Shown piece after piece: positions 1 to 11,280 of a DNA stretch of 64,000 bases. How positions within the stretch are numbered: position 1 is the first letter of the stretch; each line of letters starts with the position of its first letter. The notes beneath the pieces are model-generated. The model made no database searches, was not told the origin of the DNA, and saw only the letters and a program-made list of their open reading frames with translations. Source of the stretch: Phormidesmis sp. (GTDB lineage Bacteria > Cyanobacteriota > Cyanobacteriia > Leptolyngbyales > Leptolyngbyaceae); NCBI GenBank assembly GCA_965248535.1, contig CBDFJR010000005.1, forward strand, positions 1,024,001 through 1,088,000, written 5' to 3'. The position numbers were made by a program, and so were the translations under genes.

Positions 1-54
1 CTACGAATTTTAAACTCGTGGTGATTATTTAAACACTCAACGCTCTGCAACACA

Positions 55-1592
55 GTGACTATGCAAAGTTTTCAGCTTGGTGAACACGCGCCTACGATTC
101 CGATCGCGTCCTATAATACGCAAGAATGGCAGAAGGGATATCGCTCTCTCGATCATGAATATGATTACTGGATTGATGACGTTGAGGGGCAGATTCCGCC
201 TGAGTTAAATGGCACCTTGTTTCGCAACGGGCCAGGACGGCTAGACGTAAATGGACAGCGGGTTCAACATCCGTTTGATGGGGATGGAATGATCTGCGCG
301 ATCGCGTTTCAAAACGGACGCGCACACTTTCGCAATCGCTTTGTTCACACTGAAGGATATGTTGCCGAACAGCAAGCAGGACGCATTCTCTATCGCGGCG
401 TGTTTGGAACTCAAAAGCCAGGAGGCTGGTTAGCCAACGCCTTTGATACCAAAATTAAAAATATTGCGAATACCCAGATCCTTTACTGGGGAGGAAAACT
501 GCTGGCTCTCTGGGAAGCCGCAGAGCCTCATCGCCTCGATCCGCGCACGTTGGAAACCTTGGGTCAAGAATATTTTGATGGAGCCTTGCAGCCCGGCGCA
601 CCGTTTGCGGCCCATCCCTGGATTGATCCGGCTTCTCAGTTTGACGGCGGCGCACCGTGCTTAGTTAATTTTTCTATCAAAGCAGGGCTGTCATTTACGA
701 TCAATCTTTACGAATTAGATCTGGCTGGAACGATCGTTCGTCAGCACAGTCATCCGGTGCCGGGATTTGCCTTCATTCATGATTTTGCCATCACGCCCAA
801 CTACTGCATCTTTTTTCAAAATCCGGTGGCGTTTAATCCAGTGCCATTTTTAATGGGCACCCGATCGCCCGGTGAATGTATTAAATTTCAGCCTGACAAA
901 CCGACGCGGGTGATCATTATTCCTCGCGATGTCGCATCACGCCCCAAGCCGATAATTCTTGAAACTCAATCGGGGTTTGTGTTTCATCATGCCAACGCCT
1001 ATGAGCAAGCGGGCGAAATTGTGATTGACTCCATCTGCTATGAAAATTTGCCTGCGGTCGAGGCTGGGGCTGACTATCGCGAAACCGACTTTACGGCCCT
1101 TGCGCCGGGTCAGTTGTGGCGCTTTCGCATGAATTTAGAAACCAAAGCGGTCGATCGTCAGTTGATTGAGCCTCGCTGCTGTGAGTTTCCGTTTATTCAC
1201 CCGGCTAAAGCAGGACGCGAACATCGCTATGTCTATATGGGAGCCGCGCTATACCGCCAGCAGGCAACGCCCCACTGCAAGCCATTCTCAAAGTCGATGT
1301 CAAATCGGAGCAGCGTCAACTCTGGAGCGCTGCCCCCGATGGCTATGTCGGCGAGCCTGTGTTTGTGCCGCGTGGGTTGCCCGGAGCAGCAGGACTCTAT
1401 ACCCAAGTCGAGGGCGATGAAGATGACGGCTGGCTGTTGACGATGGTTTATGACAGCCAGCACGATCGTACCGATGTGGTGATTCTTGATGCCAAAGATT
1501 TAGAAAAAGGCGCGATCGCTCGCCTTCATCTCAAGCATCATGTTCCCTACGGGCTACACGGGAGCTTTACGCCACACTACTTTGAGTCTTAG
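55..1592 (+). CDS. Carotenoid/apocarotenoid cleavage oxygenase (RPE65 family), frameshifted near 1245-1257
   Basis: [20 protein letters not shown] and FHHANAYE motifs. After YMGAA the expected continuation ([14 protein letters not shown]...GEPVFVPR...[10 protein letters not shown]) lies in another frame ending at 1592. Confidence 0.9.
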
Positions 1593-2628
1593 AGGCAGTT
1601 GAGAGCAAAGACCCTGACTGTCTTAAGGCGGTCAGGGTGGCATTGCCCGTGCAGAAAAGCACCGTGGTGATTTCTGATATCAACACATCGGCTAACCCGT
1701 GTAGGGCCGCTTCAGACTCACTAGCCGCTTGCAAAAAAGGAAACGCCAACCCTGCGAGATCAGCGCCTAGAGCGATCGTCTTAGCGATCTCTAAGCCGTT
1801 TCGCAGCCCCCCAGACGCAATAAGGGGAATCTCTGGTGAAATAGCTCGCACCGCCGTAACGCACTCAGCCGTCGGAATGCCCCAATCCGCAAAGGTTGCC
1901 CCCAGTCGGCGCTGTTTATCGTCTTGCGCTCGGTTGCTCTCGACTTTTGCCCAAGAGGTGCCCCCTGCCCCCGCCACGTCGATCGCGGCCACCCCGGCCG
2001 CAATCAGTTTTTGAGCGATCGGTCCTGAAATGCCGTTCCCCACTTCTTTGACGACGACTGGAACGGGAAGCCGATCGCAAAGCACTGCAATTTTTTCTAG
2101 CAGCCCACGAAAATTAGTGTCGCCTCTCGTCTGCACACATTCTTGCAGGGGATTGAGATGCAAAATCAGGGCATCGGCTTCGAGCAACTCAACGACGCGC
2201 TGACATTCGTCAAGACCATAGCGATAGTTAAGCTGAACGGCACCCAAATTGGCAAACAAGACGGCATTCGGCGCGATCGCCCGAATCTTAAATGTGTCTG
2301 CCACTTGAGGATTTTCGACCGCTACTCGCTGAGACCCCACGCCCATCGCCAGTTTATAGTGTTGGGCAATCTCTGCCAGACGATAATTAATCAGCTTTGC
2401 AAACTCTGTGCCCCCCGTCATAGACGAGATCAAAATCGGTGCGCCTAGGGGTTTGCCTAAAAATGTGGTGCTGAGATTGATATCGCTGAGATTGAGATCT
2501 GGCAAACAGTTGTGAACAAATCGATAGCGATCTAATCCATTCGTCACGTCTCGACACTGCACATCTTCATCTAGACAAATGCGAAGATGATCGGCCTTGC
2601 GAGTTTGGGTTTCTGCAAAAGAATCCAT
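1567..2628 (-). CDS. fni: Type 2 isopentenyl-diphosphate delta-isomerase
   Basis: [26 protein letters not shown] and GAGGTSW motifs. Confidence 0.95.
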   Translation of the reverse strand: MDSFAETQTRKADHLRICLDEDVQCRDVTNGLDRYRFVHNCLPDLNLSDINLSTTFLGKPLGAPILISSMTGGTEFAKLINYRLAEIAQHYKLAMGVGSQRVAVENPQVADTFKIRAIAPNAVLFANLGAVQLNYRYGLDECQRVVELLEADALILHLNPLQECVQTRGDTNFRGLLEKIAVLCDRLPVPVVVKEVGNGISGPIAQKLIAAGVAAIDVAGAGGTSWAKVESNRAQDDKQRRLGATFADWGIPTAECVTAVRAISPEIPLIASGGLRNGLEIAKTIALGADLAGLAFPFLQAASESEAALHGLADVLISEITTVLFCTGNATLTALRQSGSLLSTASKTQSSVA

Positions 2629-2646
2629 GGGGCTTAACCTACCTGA

Positions 2647-3183
2647 TCAATCTTTAATTAATTCCACACCATCTCGGCCATCAATGTCTTGAAGATAGAC
2701 TTTGACCCGTTCTTCTTTAGCAGTCGGCAGCTTTTTGCCCGTAAAGTCGGGATGGATCGGCACCTCACGATGGCCACGATCGACCAGCACCGCTAGTCGA
2801 ATCACTTCGGGTCTGCCGTGGTCAATCACGGCATCTAGCGCGGCTCGAATCGTTCGCCCCTTATAGATCACATCGTCAACCAGCACCACAGTTTTGCCGG
2901 AGAGATCAAACGGGATATTAGTTTTGGCAGGGGTGCGAATTCCGATCGTGTCGAAATCATCTCGATAAAAGGTGATGTCAAGTGCCCCGATCGCCACCTT
3001 TACCCCTTCTAACCCTTCAATTTGCTCTGCTAATTTCTCCGCCAGCGGCACCCCTCTAGTATAAATTCCTAACAGCACGAGTTTGGACAGATCTCCTGAT
3101 TTTTCAACGATTTGCGACGCTAAACGGGTCAGCGTGCGCCGAATTTCACTAGCTGAGAGAATTTCAATATGTTCTAGCGGCAT
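2647..3183 (-). CDS. pyrR: Pyrimidine operon regulator / uracil phosphoribosyltransferase
   Basis: [24 protein letters not shown] and DRGHREVPI motifs. Confidence 0.95.
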   Translation of the reverse strand: MPLEHIEILSASEIRRTLTRLASQIVEKSGDLSKLVLLGIYTRGVPLAEKLAEQIEGLEGVKVAIGALDITFYRDDFDTIGIRTPAKTNIPFDLSGKTVVLVDDVIYKGRTIRAALDAVIDHGRPEVIRLAVLVDRGHREVPIHPDFTGKKLPTAKEERVKVYLQDIDGRDGVELIKD

Positions 3184-3389
3184 GGGTCAGAAAAGTCAGC
3201 GAATAAAGTTCGTTCTTGCTACCTTAAGCGGTGTTGCTTTATTTCGTCTATATCTGCTGGGTCGCATCAGAGCGATCGTGAAGGGATGTAAAAATTTTTG
3301 CAGTTAGATGTCAAAAATGAGGAAACCCTCAAGGTCAGCTTTATCTTGGAGGTTTACAGAGCTTTTTGCCTAAACTCTGGTTTGCAAAG

Positions 3390-3420
3390 AGTCCCAAAAA
3401 AAGTCCCAAAAAAAGTCCCA
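3390..3420. repeat. 12-bp tandem repeat (AGTCCCAAAAAA, about 2.5 copies)
   Basis: AGTCCCA starts at 3390, 3402 and 3414. Confidence 0.85.
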
Positions 3421-3449
3421 GATTTAGATCGCCACTGCGAGGCAACCCT

Positions 3450-3761
3450 ATGAATAATCTGCAAAAATATCGAGTTGTGTGCACCCTCTCGTTTGGGGAT
3501 GTTTACGGTCAGATCATCGTTTGGCTGATTGTAATTTTTATCAGTTTAGCGGCAGCCATGGCCATGATGGGCGCGAGTCGTCCGGTCTATGCCCTGACAA
3601 CGGTTGGGCTGGTGCTCGTGCTATCGTTACCCTTCTTACTCTTCTCATTTGTGACAACACTGCTCAATCATATCGAGTTGTCACAGATAGACCCAGCCGA
3701 AAAGCCACAAGCTGCTATGGCTGGGGCATCGACTCAGCAGTCGGCTCAAGCAGTGAGTTAG
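3450..3761 (+). CDS. Small membrane protein with two hydrophobic segments
   Basis: Likely start MNNLQKY at 3450. YRVVCTLSFGDVYGQII resembles a conserved cyanobacterial hypothetical family. Confidence 0.7.
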   Translation: MNNLQKYRVVCTLSFGDVYGQIIVWLIVIFISLAAAMAMMGASRPVYALTTVGLVLVLSLPFLLFSFVTTLLNHIELSQIDPAEKPQAAMAGASTQQSAQAVS

Positions 3762-3885
3762 CCAAGGCTCGATCGTGACACTCCCAACGGGTCGTAGAGA
3801 AATGTGTATCTATTGCCCGTTTTTTATCGTCGATCGTCAGCCTGACAGACTATATTAAATACGCTGTAGCATTCGAGGCAAGATT

Positions 3886-4812
3886 GTGACTGAAAAGCGG
3901 AAGAATCGCTGGCTGCTAAACGTGGTGTTGATCATCGCAACGATCGGTCTGTTAGGGGTGTCCATCATTCCTCTCATCAGTGCGACGTTTACCCCGCAAA
4001 AAAATGTGGCGGCGACTCCTAGCCCAACGCAGTCAGTCGAGGCCAAAAAAGCCGATGTTGAAGCTCAAGCGAGAGGCTATGAAGAAGTGCTCAAGCGAGA
4101 GCCAGACAACCAAACTGCCCTGCGCGGGCTGCTAGAAGCGCGGCTGAGAATGACTGATATTAAGGGCGCGATCGCGCCCCTCGAAAAGCTGGCCAAGCTC
4201 AACCCTAATCAAAGCGAATATGCCGTGTTGCTGGCCCAAGCCAGACAGCAAACCGGAGATAAAGAGGGAGCCGCTCAAGCCTATCGAACTATTCTCAACA
4301 CGAGACCGGGCGATCTCAATGCTCTGCAAGGGCTAGCCGGGCTATTGATTGAGCAGCAGCGCCCCGAAGCGGCGATCGGAATGCTGCAAGACACACTCAA
4401 AACTGCCCCTAAAGCCAACGAAAACCAAGCGGGTAGTGTCGATGTGACGGCAGTTCAAGTTTTGCTAGGTCGGGTGTTTGCGTCTCAAAAACGCTATAGC
4501 GAAGCGGTTGGAGTCTTTGACGAAGCGATGAAGGGCAATAAGCAAGACTTTCAGCCTGTGTTTGGCAAGGCGCTGGTGCTCAAAGCCCAGGGCAAGCCAG
4601 AGGAGGCAAAACCCCTGTTTGACTCGGCGATTTCTCTAGCTCCGGCTCAATATAAAGACCAGATTCAAAAAGCGGCCAGTGCGGCCCCACCGGGTGCGGC
4701 GAATAGCCCTAGTGCAGACAGTCCGGCTCCGGCTTCAAAGTCAGAGGCGAGTCCGGCTCCGATCGCGGCCCCTAAGAGCAAAAGCGACATGGAGAAAAGC
4801 GAGAAAAACTAG
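3886..4812 (+). CDS. Membrane-anchored tetratricopeptide-repeat protein
   Basis: N-terminal hydrophobic segment, TPR-like helical repeats and a Pro/Ala/Ser-rich tail. Confidence 0.85.
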   Translation: MTEKRKNRWLLNVVLIIATIGLLGVSIIPLISATFTPQKNVAATPSPTQSVEAKKADVEAQARGYEEVLKREPDNQTALRGLLEARLRMTDIKGAIAPLEKLAKLNPNQSEYAVLLAQARQQTGDKEGAAQAYRTILNTRPGDLNALQGLAGLLIEQQRPEAAIGMLQDTLKTAPKANENQAGSVDVTAVQVLLGRVFASQKRYSEAVGVFDEAMKGNKQDFQPVFGKALVLKAQGKPEEAKPLFDSAISLAPAQYKDQIQKAASAAPPGAANSPSADSPAPASKSEASPAPIAAPKSKSDMEKSEKN

Positions 4813-4946
4813 CGTTAGCTGATTCGCACTGTTCTGATCTGATCTGCGGCTCGACTGGATCGAGGGACGTTTCACAGTCTGTCCCTGATCCATGTCCAGT
4901 TGCGATCGGGCACTATTAAGCTAGAGATCCGCGTTCTCTTTAACGA

Positions 4947-5564
4947 ATGAATTCATCAGAGCCACTCAATCCCCTAGTGCTGGTGCACGGGCTGACCGAC
5001 ACCAACACTGTCTTTAAACCCATGACCGCTTATTTACGTCAACAAGGCTGGGAGGTGCATAGCGTTAATCTCATTCCTTCAAACGGAGATTGTGAACTCG
5101 ATCGCCTCGCCCATCAGCTTGACACCTATATTGAGTCAATCTTGCCCCATCACCAGCCCTTTGATCTGGTTGGTTTTAGCATGGGCGGCATCGTCAGCCG
5201 CTATTATGTGCAGCGACTAGGCGGACTCGATCGCGTGCAGCGCTTTGTGACGATCGCATCGCCTCACAACGGCACCTTGACCGCCTATCTATCTCAGCGT
5301 CCGGGTTGTCTGCAAATGCGCCCTAACAGCCCTTTTATCAATAGTCTCAACCGAGATATGCCGATGCTAGAAAAGCTGAACTTCACCTCCATTTGGACTC
5401 CGATGGATCTGATGATCGTGCCAGCCACCAGTTCTCAAACTCCGGTAGGGCGAAACATTCAGGTTAACGTGCCGCTTCACGCTTGGATGGTGCAAGACCC
5501 CAAAGGGTTAGAAGCTGTCGCCGTCGCGCTGCGAGAAAAAGTCAGGCATCACAAAAGATATTAG
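4947..5564 (+). CDS. Alpha/beta-hydrolase lipase/esterase
   Basis: LVHG, GFSMGG nucleophile elbow and ASPHNGT. Confidence 0.9.
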   Translation: MNSSEPLNPLVLVHGLTDTNTVFKPMTAYLRQQGWEVHSVNLIPSNGDCELDRLAHQLDTYIESILPHHQPFDLVGFSMGGIVSRYYVQRLGGLDRVQRFVTIASPHNGTLTAYLSQRPGCLQMRPNSPFINSLNRDMPMLEKLNFTSIWTPMDLMIVPATSSQTPVGRNIQVNVPLHAWMVQDPKGLEAVAVALREKVRHHKRY

Positions 5565-5575
5565 GCTAGCAGGCC

Positions 5576-6025
5576 TCAGTTGGCTGGATGCAGCGCTGCA
5601 AGATCGCCAATTTGGGCAGTGTCACGGCCGCCAAAAATTGCCTCAGCGTGAGCGTAAACCTTAAACTCCATTAAGTTTTTAAACGGGTCGGATAAGAAGA
5701 ACGTTTCGTGGTCGAGCAGCGTTCCGGCAAATCGGTGTTTGGGCGACTGGTAGAGAGCGATTTGCTGCTGCCGAATTCGCGTTAGCAGAGCTTCCCAATC
5801 TGCCCGATCGCTAAACACCAGACCAAAATGTCGGGGATATACGCCCGTCTGAGGCACGAGCGGCTCATCGACGCGATGCCCCACTAGCTGATGCCCATAT
5901 AGGTCGAGAATGACCGCCTGAGAGGTTTCTCGACCCAACCCACAGCCCAAACCATCCACATAAAACGCTTTGGTTTGAGCGATATCAGTCACCGGAAAAG
6001 CCAGGTGGAAAAGTACAGAAGACAT
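5576..6025 (-). CDS. VOC/glyoxalase family protein
   Basis: FHLAFPV, RHFG and DPFKNLMEFK motifs. Confidence 0.9.
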   Translation of the reverse strand: MSSVLFHLAFPVTDIAQTKAFYVDGLGCGLGRETSQAVILDLYGHQLVGHRVDEPLVPQTGVYPRHFGLVFSDRADWEALLTRIRQQQIALYQSPKHRFAGTLLDHETFFLSDPFKNLMEFKVYAHAEAIFGGRDTAQIGDLAALHPAN

Positions 6026-6074
6026 AGGATCAGCCAGGTTAGGTGTCAGAATAAATTATGGCGAATTTCTGGGT

Positions 6075-6842
6075 TTGCTGATGGTTTCATTCCTCTTCAG
6101 TAATTGGTTAGTTGCGATCGCTGTCAACACCGTTTTGCTGGCGATCGTCGGGCTGGCTCCTAAAAAGCTGCTAACTCCCGCAGGCATTTTTCACGCTTGG
6201 TTTTTGGGGGTGATTGTCTGGGGAGTTTTGGGGTGGCCGGGCTATCTCGTGGTCGGCTTCTACTTTTTAGTTGGGTCAGGCATCACCTTTGTTGGCAAAG
6301 CCCAAAAAGAAGCTCTAGGCATTGCTGAGAAGCGATCGGGCGCACGCGGACCAGAAAACGTGTGGGGATCGGCGCTGACCGCCATTCTGTGTGCGTTAGG
6401 CTTGCTGTTCATCTCGAGCACAGGCTGGGGCAATCAATTCTATGGCGTGCTGATGTTGGGCTATGTAGCTAGTTTTTGCACCAAGCTCTCAGACACCTGC
6501 GCCAGTGAGATTGGCAAAGCTTATGGCAACCGGACTTTTTTGATCACAACCCTAAAACCAGTGCCTAGAGGCACCGAAGGAGCGGTGAGCTTAGAAGGCA
6601 CCCTAGCAGGCATTGTGGCCTCGATCGTTCTCGCGATCGTCGCCTGGTCAGTCGGCATGATTAGCCCGATCGGGGGTGTGCTGTGCGTCGTGGCCGCCTT
6701 TATAGCTACCAATCTCGAAAGCGTGATTGGCGCAACGCTGCAATCAAAGTTTGATTGGATGACGAATGAAGTGGTGAACATTTTTAACACCACGATCGGT
6801 GCGATCGTGGCAATGGGTCTAGCATGGGCGATCGGAGTTTAG
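6075..6842 (+). CDS. DUF92/TIGR00297 membrane protein (related to phytyl-phosphate kinase VTE6)
   Basis: RGPENVWGS, SDTCASEIG, GTEGAVSLEGT and ESVIGATLQ motifs. Confidence 0.85.
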   Translation: MLMVSFLFSNWLVAIAVNTVLLAIVGLAPKKLLTPAGIFHAWFLGVIVWGVLGWPGYLVVGFYFLVGSGITFVGKAQKEALGIAEKRSGARGPENVWGSALTAILCALGLLFISSTGWGNQFYGVLMLGYVASFCTKLSDTCASEIGKAYGNRTFLITTLKPVPRGTEGAVSLEGTLAGIVASIVLAIVAWSVGMISPIGGVLCVVAAFIATNLESVIGATLQSKFDWMTNEVVNIFNTTIGAIVAMGLAWAIGV

Positions 6843-6844
6843 AC

Positions 6845-7714
6845 TTAAACACTCAAATATCGTCTCAAAAAGCTTTCTAGCGTCTCTAGCTTCAGATTAA
6901 AGAGAGATTCGAGGCGCTCAGTTTCAGCAGGGGTGCAGAAAAACTCGTTGGCGAGGAGTGCTCTTAGAGTCCCCAATGATTCTTGACTGTTGGGGTTGAG
7001 CAAGCCGACCAAACTGCGAGTCGCGTCAAAGGCAAAGAGCGGCGGATTGATGATAGTGGGTTCTCGATTAAAAATTCGCCCAAAGATGCGAGGAATCTCT
7101 TGACGCTGCAAAATCTCAGCCCCGCCTATGGGTAGAACTTGATGATGCGCCGCTTCTAGAGAGACGGACGCGATCGCAATTTTCGCCAAGTCATCGGTGC
7201 TAACGATCGAGGTGCGGCTCTGCGGATCGCCAATTAATAGATAGAGCCCAGTCCGGCGAAACTGCTCTGCTAACGGCAACAAGTTAGAAGCGAATCCTGA
7301 AGGGCGCAGAATGGTGTAATTCAACCCGCTGGTCTGGAGATATTTTTCGACTTCGCGTTTTGCTTTAAAGACCGGAGCATCTTCATAGCCGCGATCGACT
7401 CCCAGCACAGAGATAAACACAAAGTGTTGAACGCCCTCAGCTTTGGCGTGATCGATCAGGTCAATATTAGCCTGATAGTTAATCGCTTCAGCCTCACCGC
7501 CGTGAGCACTGATCACAAACTGCACCCCTTGCACCGCTTTCTGAATGTCGCGATCGCGAGACAAATCTCCAATCAAAATCTCAGAGCCACGATGCTCAAG
7601 TTCGGCATAATTTGACATTAATCGCACTAGCGATCGCACCGATAACTCTTGCTCTCGCAGCAGCCTGACGATGCGACGACCTAACCCACCTGTTGCCCCA
7701 GTCACTAAATACAT
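6845..7714 (-). CDS. NAD(P)-binding SDR/NmrA-like oxidoreductase
   Basis: VTGATGGLG Rossmann motif and YTILRPS. Confidence 0.85.
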   Translation of the reverse strand: MYLVTGATGGLGRRIVRLLREQELSVRSLVRLMSNYAELEHRGSEILIGDLSRDRDIQKAVQGVQFVISAHGGEAEAINYQANIDLIDHAKAEGVQHFVFISVLGVDRGYEDAPVFKAKREVEKYLQTSGLNYTILRPSGFASNLLPLAEQFRRTGLYLLIGDPQSRTSIVSTDDLAKIAIASVSLEAAHHQVLPIGGAEILQRQEIPRIFGRIFNREPTIINPPLFAFDATRSLVGLLNPNSQESLGTLRALLANEFFCTPAETERLESLFNLKLETLESFLRRYLSV

Positions 7715-7740
7715 AAAGTTGAACCTGCGCTACTTTCTTA

Positions 7741-8538
7741 TTAACTTAGCGAAAGTTCGACGATCACTGGTGTGTGATCACTTGGCTGGGTCAGCTTGCG
7801 AGGGGCCGTGTCGATCGTGCAGGAGATCGCCCGGTCATATAAGTCAGGAGTGAGATAATGATGATCAATTCGCCAGCCTGCGTTGCGACGAAACGCCCCG
7901 GTGCGATAATCCCACCAGCTAAACTGTCCGCCTTCTTGATTAAATTTGCGAAACGCATCTGACAGACCCAAATCAAGAACGTGACGCAAAGCAGCCCGCT
8001 CAACGTCGGTCGCCATCACCTGCGTTTCGCGCCCTTTAGGATCGTGAATATCCAAATCTTCTAAAGCGATGTTGAAGTCGCCACACACCAACAAATTTGC
8101 TGACTGTTGCCGCAAGACTTGCAGATATTCTCGCAACACCTTGAGCCAGTGCAGTTTATAGATGTATTTGTCACTTCCGATCGCTGACCCGTTGGGGACA
8201 TAGAGGTTGACCACTCGAACCCCATCTAAAACTCCAGTGATCACCCGTTTCTGTTCATCTAAATCACCCACTAGAGTGTCTGGCAACACTGCCCCAAATC
8301 CCATGCTGACTTCTAAAAGCGGCGATCGGCTCACCAACGCTACGCCGTTATAGCTTTTTTGCCCAAAAGTATAGATCTGATAATTGAGATCTGTGAATGC
8401 CGATCGTGGAAAAGTTTCATCCACCACTTTGGTTTCTTGGAGACACAGCACGTCGATCGTCGGATTGTCCTGCAACCATCCCACAACCTGTTCCAGCCGA
8501 GTTCTCACCGAGTTAACATTCCACGTCGCAATTTTCAT
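7741..8538 (-). CDS. xth: Exodeoxyribonuclease III
   Basis: TWNVNS, LQETK, YNGVA, GDFN, WRIDH and SDHTP motifs. Confidence 0.95.
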   Translation of the reverse strand: MKIATWNVNSVRTRLEQVVGWLQDNPTIDVLCLQETKVVDETFPRSAFTDLNYQIYTFGQKSYNGVALVSRSPLLEVSMGFGAVLPDTLVGDLDEQKRVITGVLDGVRVVNLYVPNGSAIGSDKYIYKLHWLKVLREYLQVLRQQSANLLVCGDFNIALEDLDIHDPKGRETQVMATDVERAALRHVLDLGLSDAFRKFNQEGGQFSWWDYRTGAFRRNAGWRIDHHYLTPDLYDRAISCTIDTAPRKLTQPSDHTPVIVELSLS

Positions 8539-8689
8539 AGCGCTCCTAAGTCCAGTAAGAGCTAGCGTACTGGAAAAAGCCCTGAGTCTCTATCTTTCAT
8601 AGCGGTCGGGCTTCACTTAAGATGCGATCGCGGATGAAATAGTCAGGATGTTAAGCTTTTCTGGCTATGGGGACGCGTCAGTCTTTGTC

Positions 8690-8899
8690 ATGCCCAAAAA
8701 GATTCGAGAACTGAAACAAATGCTGCAACAAGCTGGCTCTAGTGAACTTCCGGGCAAGGGGAGCCATACAAACTGGACGCACTTTTTGTATGCTGGGAAA
8801 ATCACGGTTTCTGGCAGGGATGGAGCAGACGCAAAACGCTATCAGGAGAAGGAAGTGCGCGAGGCGATTAAGATTGTCAAGGAGCAACAGCATGACTAA
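8690..8899 (+). CDS. hicA: HicA-family toxin
   Basis: MPKKIRELK...GKGSH; overlaps the hicB start. Confidence 0.85.
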   Translation: MPKKIRELKQMLQQAGSSELPGKGSHTNWTHFLYAGKITVSGRDGADAKRYQEKEVREAIKIVKEQQHD

Positions 8900-9110
8900 G
8901 CTCAAATACCAGATGGTAATTCAGTGGTCAGATGAAGATGATTGCTTTCTAGTTGGCTTTCCTGATTTTCCTGGACAGCAGTGGCGGACACATGGAGACA
9001 CCTACGAGTCAGCAGTCACCAATGGCATCGAAGCGTTAGAGTCTTTGATGATTGCTTATGAAGCGATCGGCGATCGATTACCTGAGCCTACTGTTTGCCG
9101 TACCGCCTAG
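8892..9110 (+). CDS. hicB: HicB-family antitoxin
   Basis: YQMVIQWSDED...FPDFPG...THGDTYESA. Confidence 0.85.
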   Translation: MTKLKYQMVIQWSDEDDCFLVGFPDFPGQQWRTHGDTYESAVTNGIEALESLMIAYEAIGDRLPEPTVCRTA

Positions 9111-9152
9111 ATCATACGATCGCTCGACTGCTTCCAAATTATCTTAATTTCT

Positions 9153-9185
9153 GCGATCGCTCCTGCATGATTGGCGAGTGCGATC
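9153..9185. repeat. HIP1-anchored dispersed repeat, copy 1 (other copies at 9987-10047 and 12289-12347)
   Basis: Shared GATCGCTCCTGCA..ATTGG...GCGATC core in all three copies. Confidence 0.75.
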
Positions 9186-9246
9186 TCATTTTGTGAGAAT
9201 CCCTGCTGGCTGGAAGGTGCGTTAGGCGTTCAAGCAGACAATGGCT

Positions 9247-9660
9247 TCAACTCCTCAGCAACGCTCGAAAGCCTGCCTGATTGAAATGGTCATCTGTAGT
9301 CAGCGCATCAAAAATTCCTCGCTCGTGCATCACAACGAATGATACACAGTCAATGAGTCCCCACTCTTTATCGAGACGATTCCTAAATAAGTTGAAAGCA
9401 GCGCTGTAGAGGTCGTCTGACAATGGAACGATTTCGACGTTGGGGTCAGATACCAGTGATTCAAGAAGCTGAGTTGCTGCGACCCTGTATCTTTGTTTAG
9501 AGAGTGCATTGCCAATTTCTAACAGTATTGCTTGCGTTGTCACCAAACGAGTGCCCCTCTTTTCAAGTTGGTTAGCAAGATCAACTGCTCGTGCATGGCT
9601 TTGGTCAGTGACGGCAGGCAGCGCAATGGCAAAAGATGTATCCAAGAAAACTTCAGTCAT
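9247..9660 (-). CDS. vapC: PIN-domain VapC toxin
   Basis: VFLDTS, ILLEIGN, LIDCVSF and TDDHFNQAGF motifs. Confidence 0.9.
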   Translation of the reverse strand: MTEVFLDTSFAIALPAVTDQSHARAVDLANQLEKRGTRLVTTQAILLEIGNALSKQRYRVAATQLLESLVSDPNVEIVPLSDDLYSAAFNLFRNRLDKEWGLIDCVSFVVMHERGIFDALTTDDHFNQAGFRALLRS

Positions 9661-9886
9661 TCTCCTGAGCCGCATCACTGTATAAATATTGGTCTAACTT
9701 TGCTGACCAATCTGGGGCACCTTGTAAGTGAAGAGACTTCGCAGTTTGAAAAAACGACTTTGGTTTTGCGGGTGTCTCTGGTAGTACGCTTTCAACAGTG
9801 ATTCGTACTCGTGTACCAACTTTCAGGTCTAGAGGCACGGTTGGGTGAAGGGTTGTGCCATCGAATACAGCTTCTATTTGGATCAT
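9653..9886 (-). CDS. Antitoxin (AF2212/DUF104-like) paired with VapC
   Basis: IEAVFDG..L.P..PL.L..G..V.I pattern, DWSAKLDQYLY tail, and overlap with the vapC start. Confidence 0.8.
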   Translation of the reverse strand: MIQIEAVFDGTTLHPTVPLDLKVGTRVRITVESVLPETPAKPKSFFQTAKSLHLQGAPDWSAKLDQYLYSDAAQEND

Positions 9887-10049
9887 GGTTGCTCCTGCAA
9901 CTGCAATGCTTTTAGTATATCCGCTCGATTCAAATGCCGATAAATGGCAATGCTACTAGCGATCGCAGTCAGCAAGACCTGAAACAGCGATCGCCTCTTC
10001 TCTGCCAACGACGATCGCTCCTGCATTATTGGCTGAATGGCGATCGCCG

Positions 10050-10637
10050 TTAAAGCTCTCGCCGAAAAGCTCTAATGGCCTCTCCAGTGTCAGTTTCAGC
10101 CATCAAAATACAGCATTTCAGTAAGTAAAGGTTGATGTCATTGACTCCAGGTAGCTGACTGCGCTCAATCCGCTCATAAATGCCATTTTGGAGATGGTAG
10201 AGCTTTAGCATCCCGTCTTCCCAAAACCAAACTTCAGGAACACCCAGAGCCTTGTAGCGCTCTAACTTACTGACACCACCGCTAGTGAAGATAACCTCAA
10301 TAGACAAATCTGGGATTGGCTTGGCGCTCTCAATGCAGTAAGACTCGTCTGCTTGAGCCGAGACCACCCCTTCTTTCTCCTGAGTCATTGAGCGCGTTGG
10401 TTGAAAGAAAATTCCTTGTTCAGTCAGAAATGTTGTCACTAAATAGCCGATGATACTTGCGAAAATTTCGTGTTCGCGTCCAGGCATAAGCACCTCGATC
10501 GTGCCTTTATAGTAAGACAGTCGCACACCAGGAGACCCATCAAAGCCTTTTTGAATAAATTTGAACTGTTCCCAGGTTCCATGATGGACGATGCGTTGAT
10601 CGGTTGTTTTGTCGAGTAGTGAGGGCATCGCATTCAC
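10050..10637 (-). CDS. Uma2-family PD-(D/E)XK endonuclease-like protein
   Basis: HE motif, QADESY, PDLSIEV and LGVPEVWFW. Confidence 0.9.
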   Translation of the reverse strand: MNAMPSLLDKTTDQRIVHHGTWEQFKFIQKGFDGSPGVRLSYYKGTIEVLMPGREHEIFASIIGYLVTTFLTEQGIFFQPTRSMTQEKEGVVSAQADESYCIESAKPIPDLSIEVIFTSGGVSKLERYKALGVPEVWFWEDGMLKLYHLQNGIYERIERSQLPGVNDINLYLLKCCILMAETDTGEAIRAFRREL

Positions 10638-11280
10638 CGCTGGCTATTCCTGTATAAATTGTGGAATACTGCTTGTCAACCTGACGATCGCATTCTTGTA
10701 ACAGCAGTACGATCGCGCCTATATAGTTGTGCCAATCTGTTTAAAGAAGCGTTGTACAAGACATTCAAACCCTGGCAGAATCGGTGAGGTGATGGTGTCT
10801 TGAGCGGTGTAAGTAGCGGCTCGCTTGAGGACTGCATTCTCGCGGCAGCACACTTCGATCTGTTGTAGTTCTCGGCTGACGATCCAATATTCCTCAATCC
10901 TCCCTGGGATGATCGGCATCGCTGAAGATGATGCCGGGAGTTGGGAAAGCTGTGTTTCGTTTGACCAATCTCGGAGTTCTGCACAAATGTTAAGAATAAC
11001 GGATTGGTGCCTGAGATGGGGTGCCCTATTGATATACTCACCGCTCTTTAGGAGGGGTGATTCTTGACGCTTCACCGACCCTACCGAAGGTCTTACTCTG
11101 ACCGTCCGTTTTAAGTCTCCCAATACCCTATAGAGTTTAAGTTTGGCTTCGCGGTCTCGTCGTTCATTCGTAATGCTGAAACCCGGAGACAGCACTTCGA
11201 CGATGAGTTCGGGTGCGCCGATAAAATGCCCCGCCATCTGATTTGCAGTTTGGCAATCTGTAAACAGGTTTTGTGTCTGC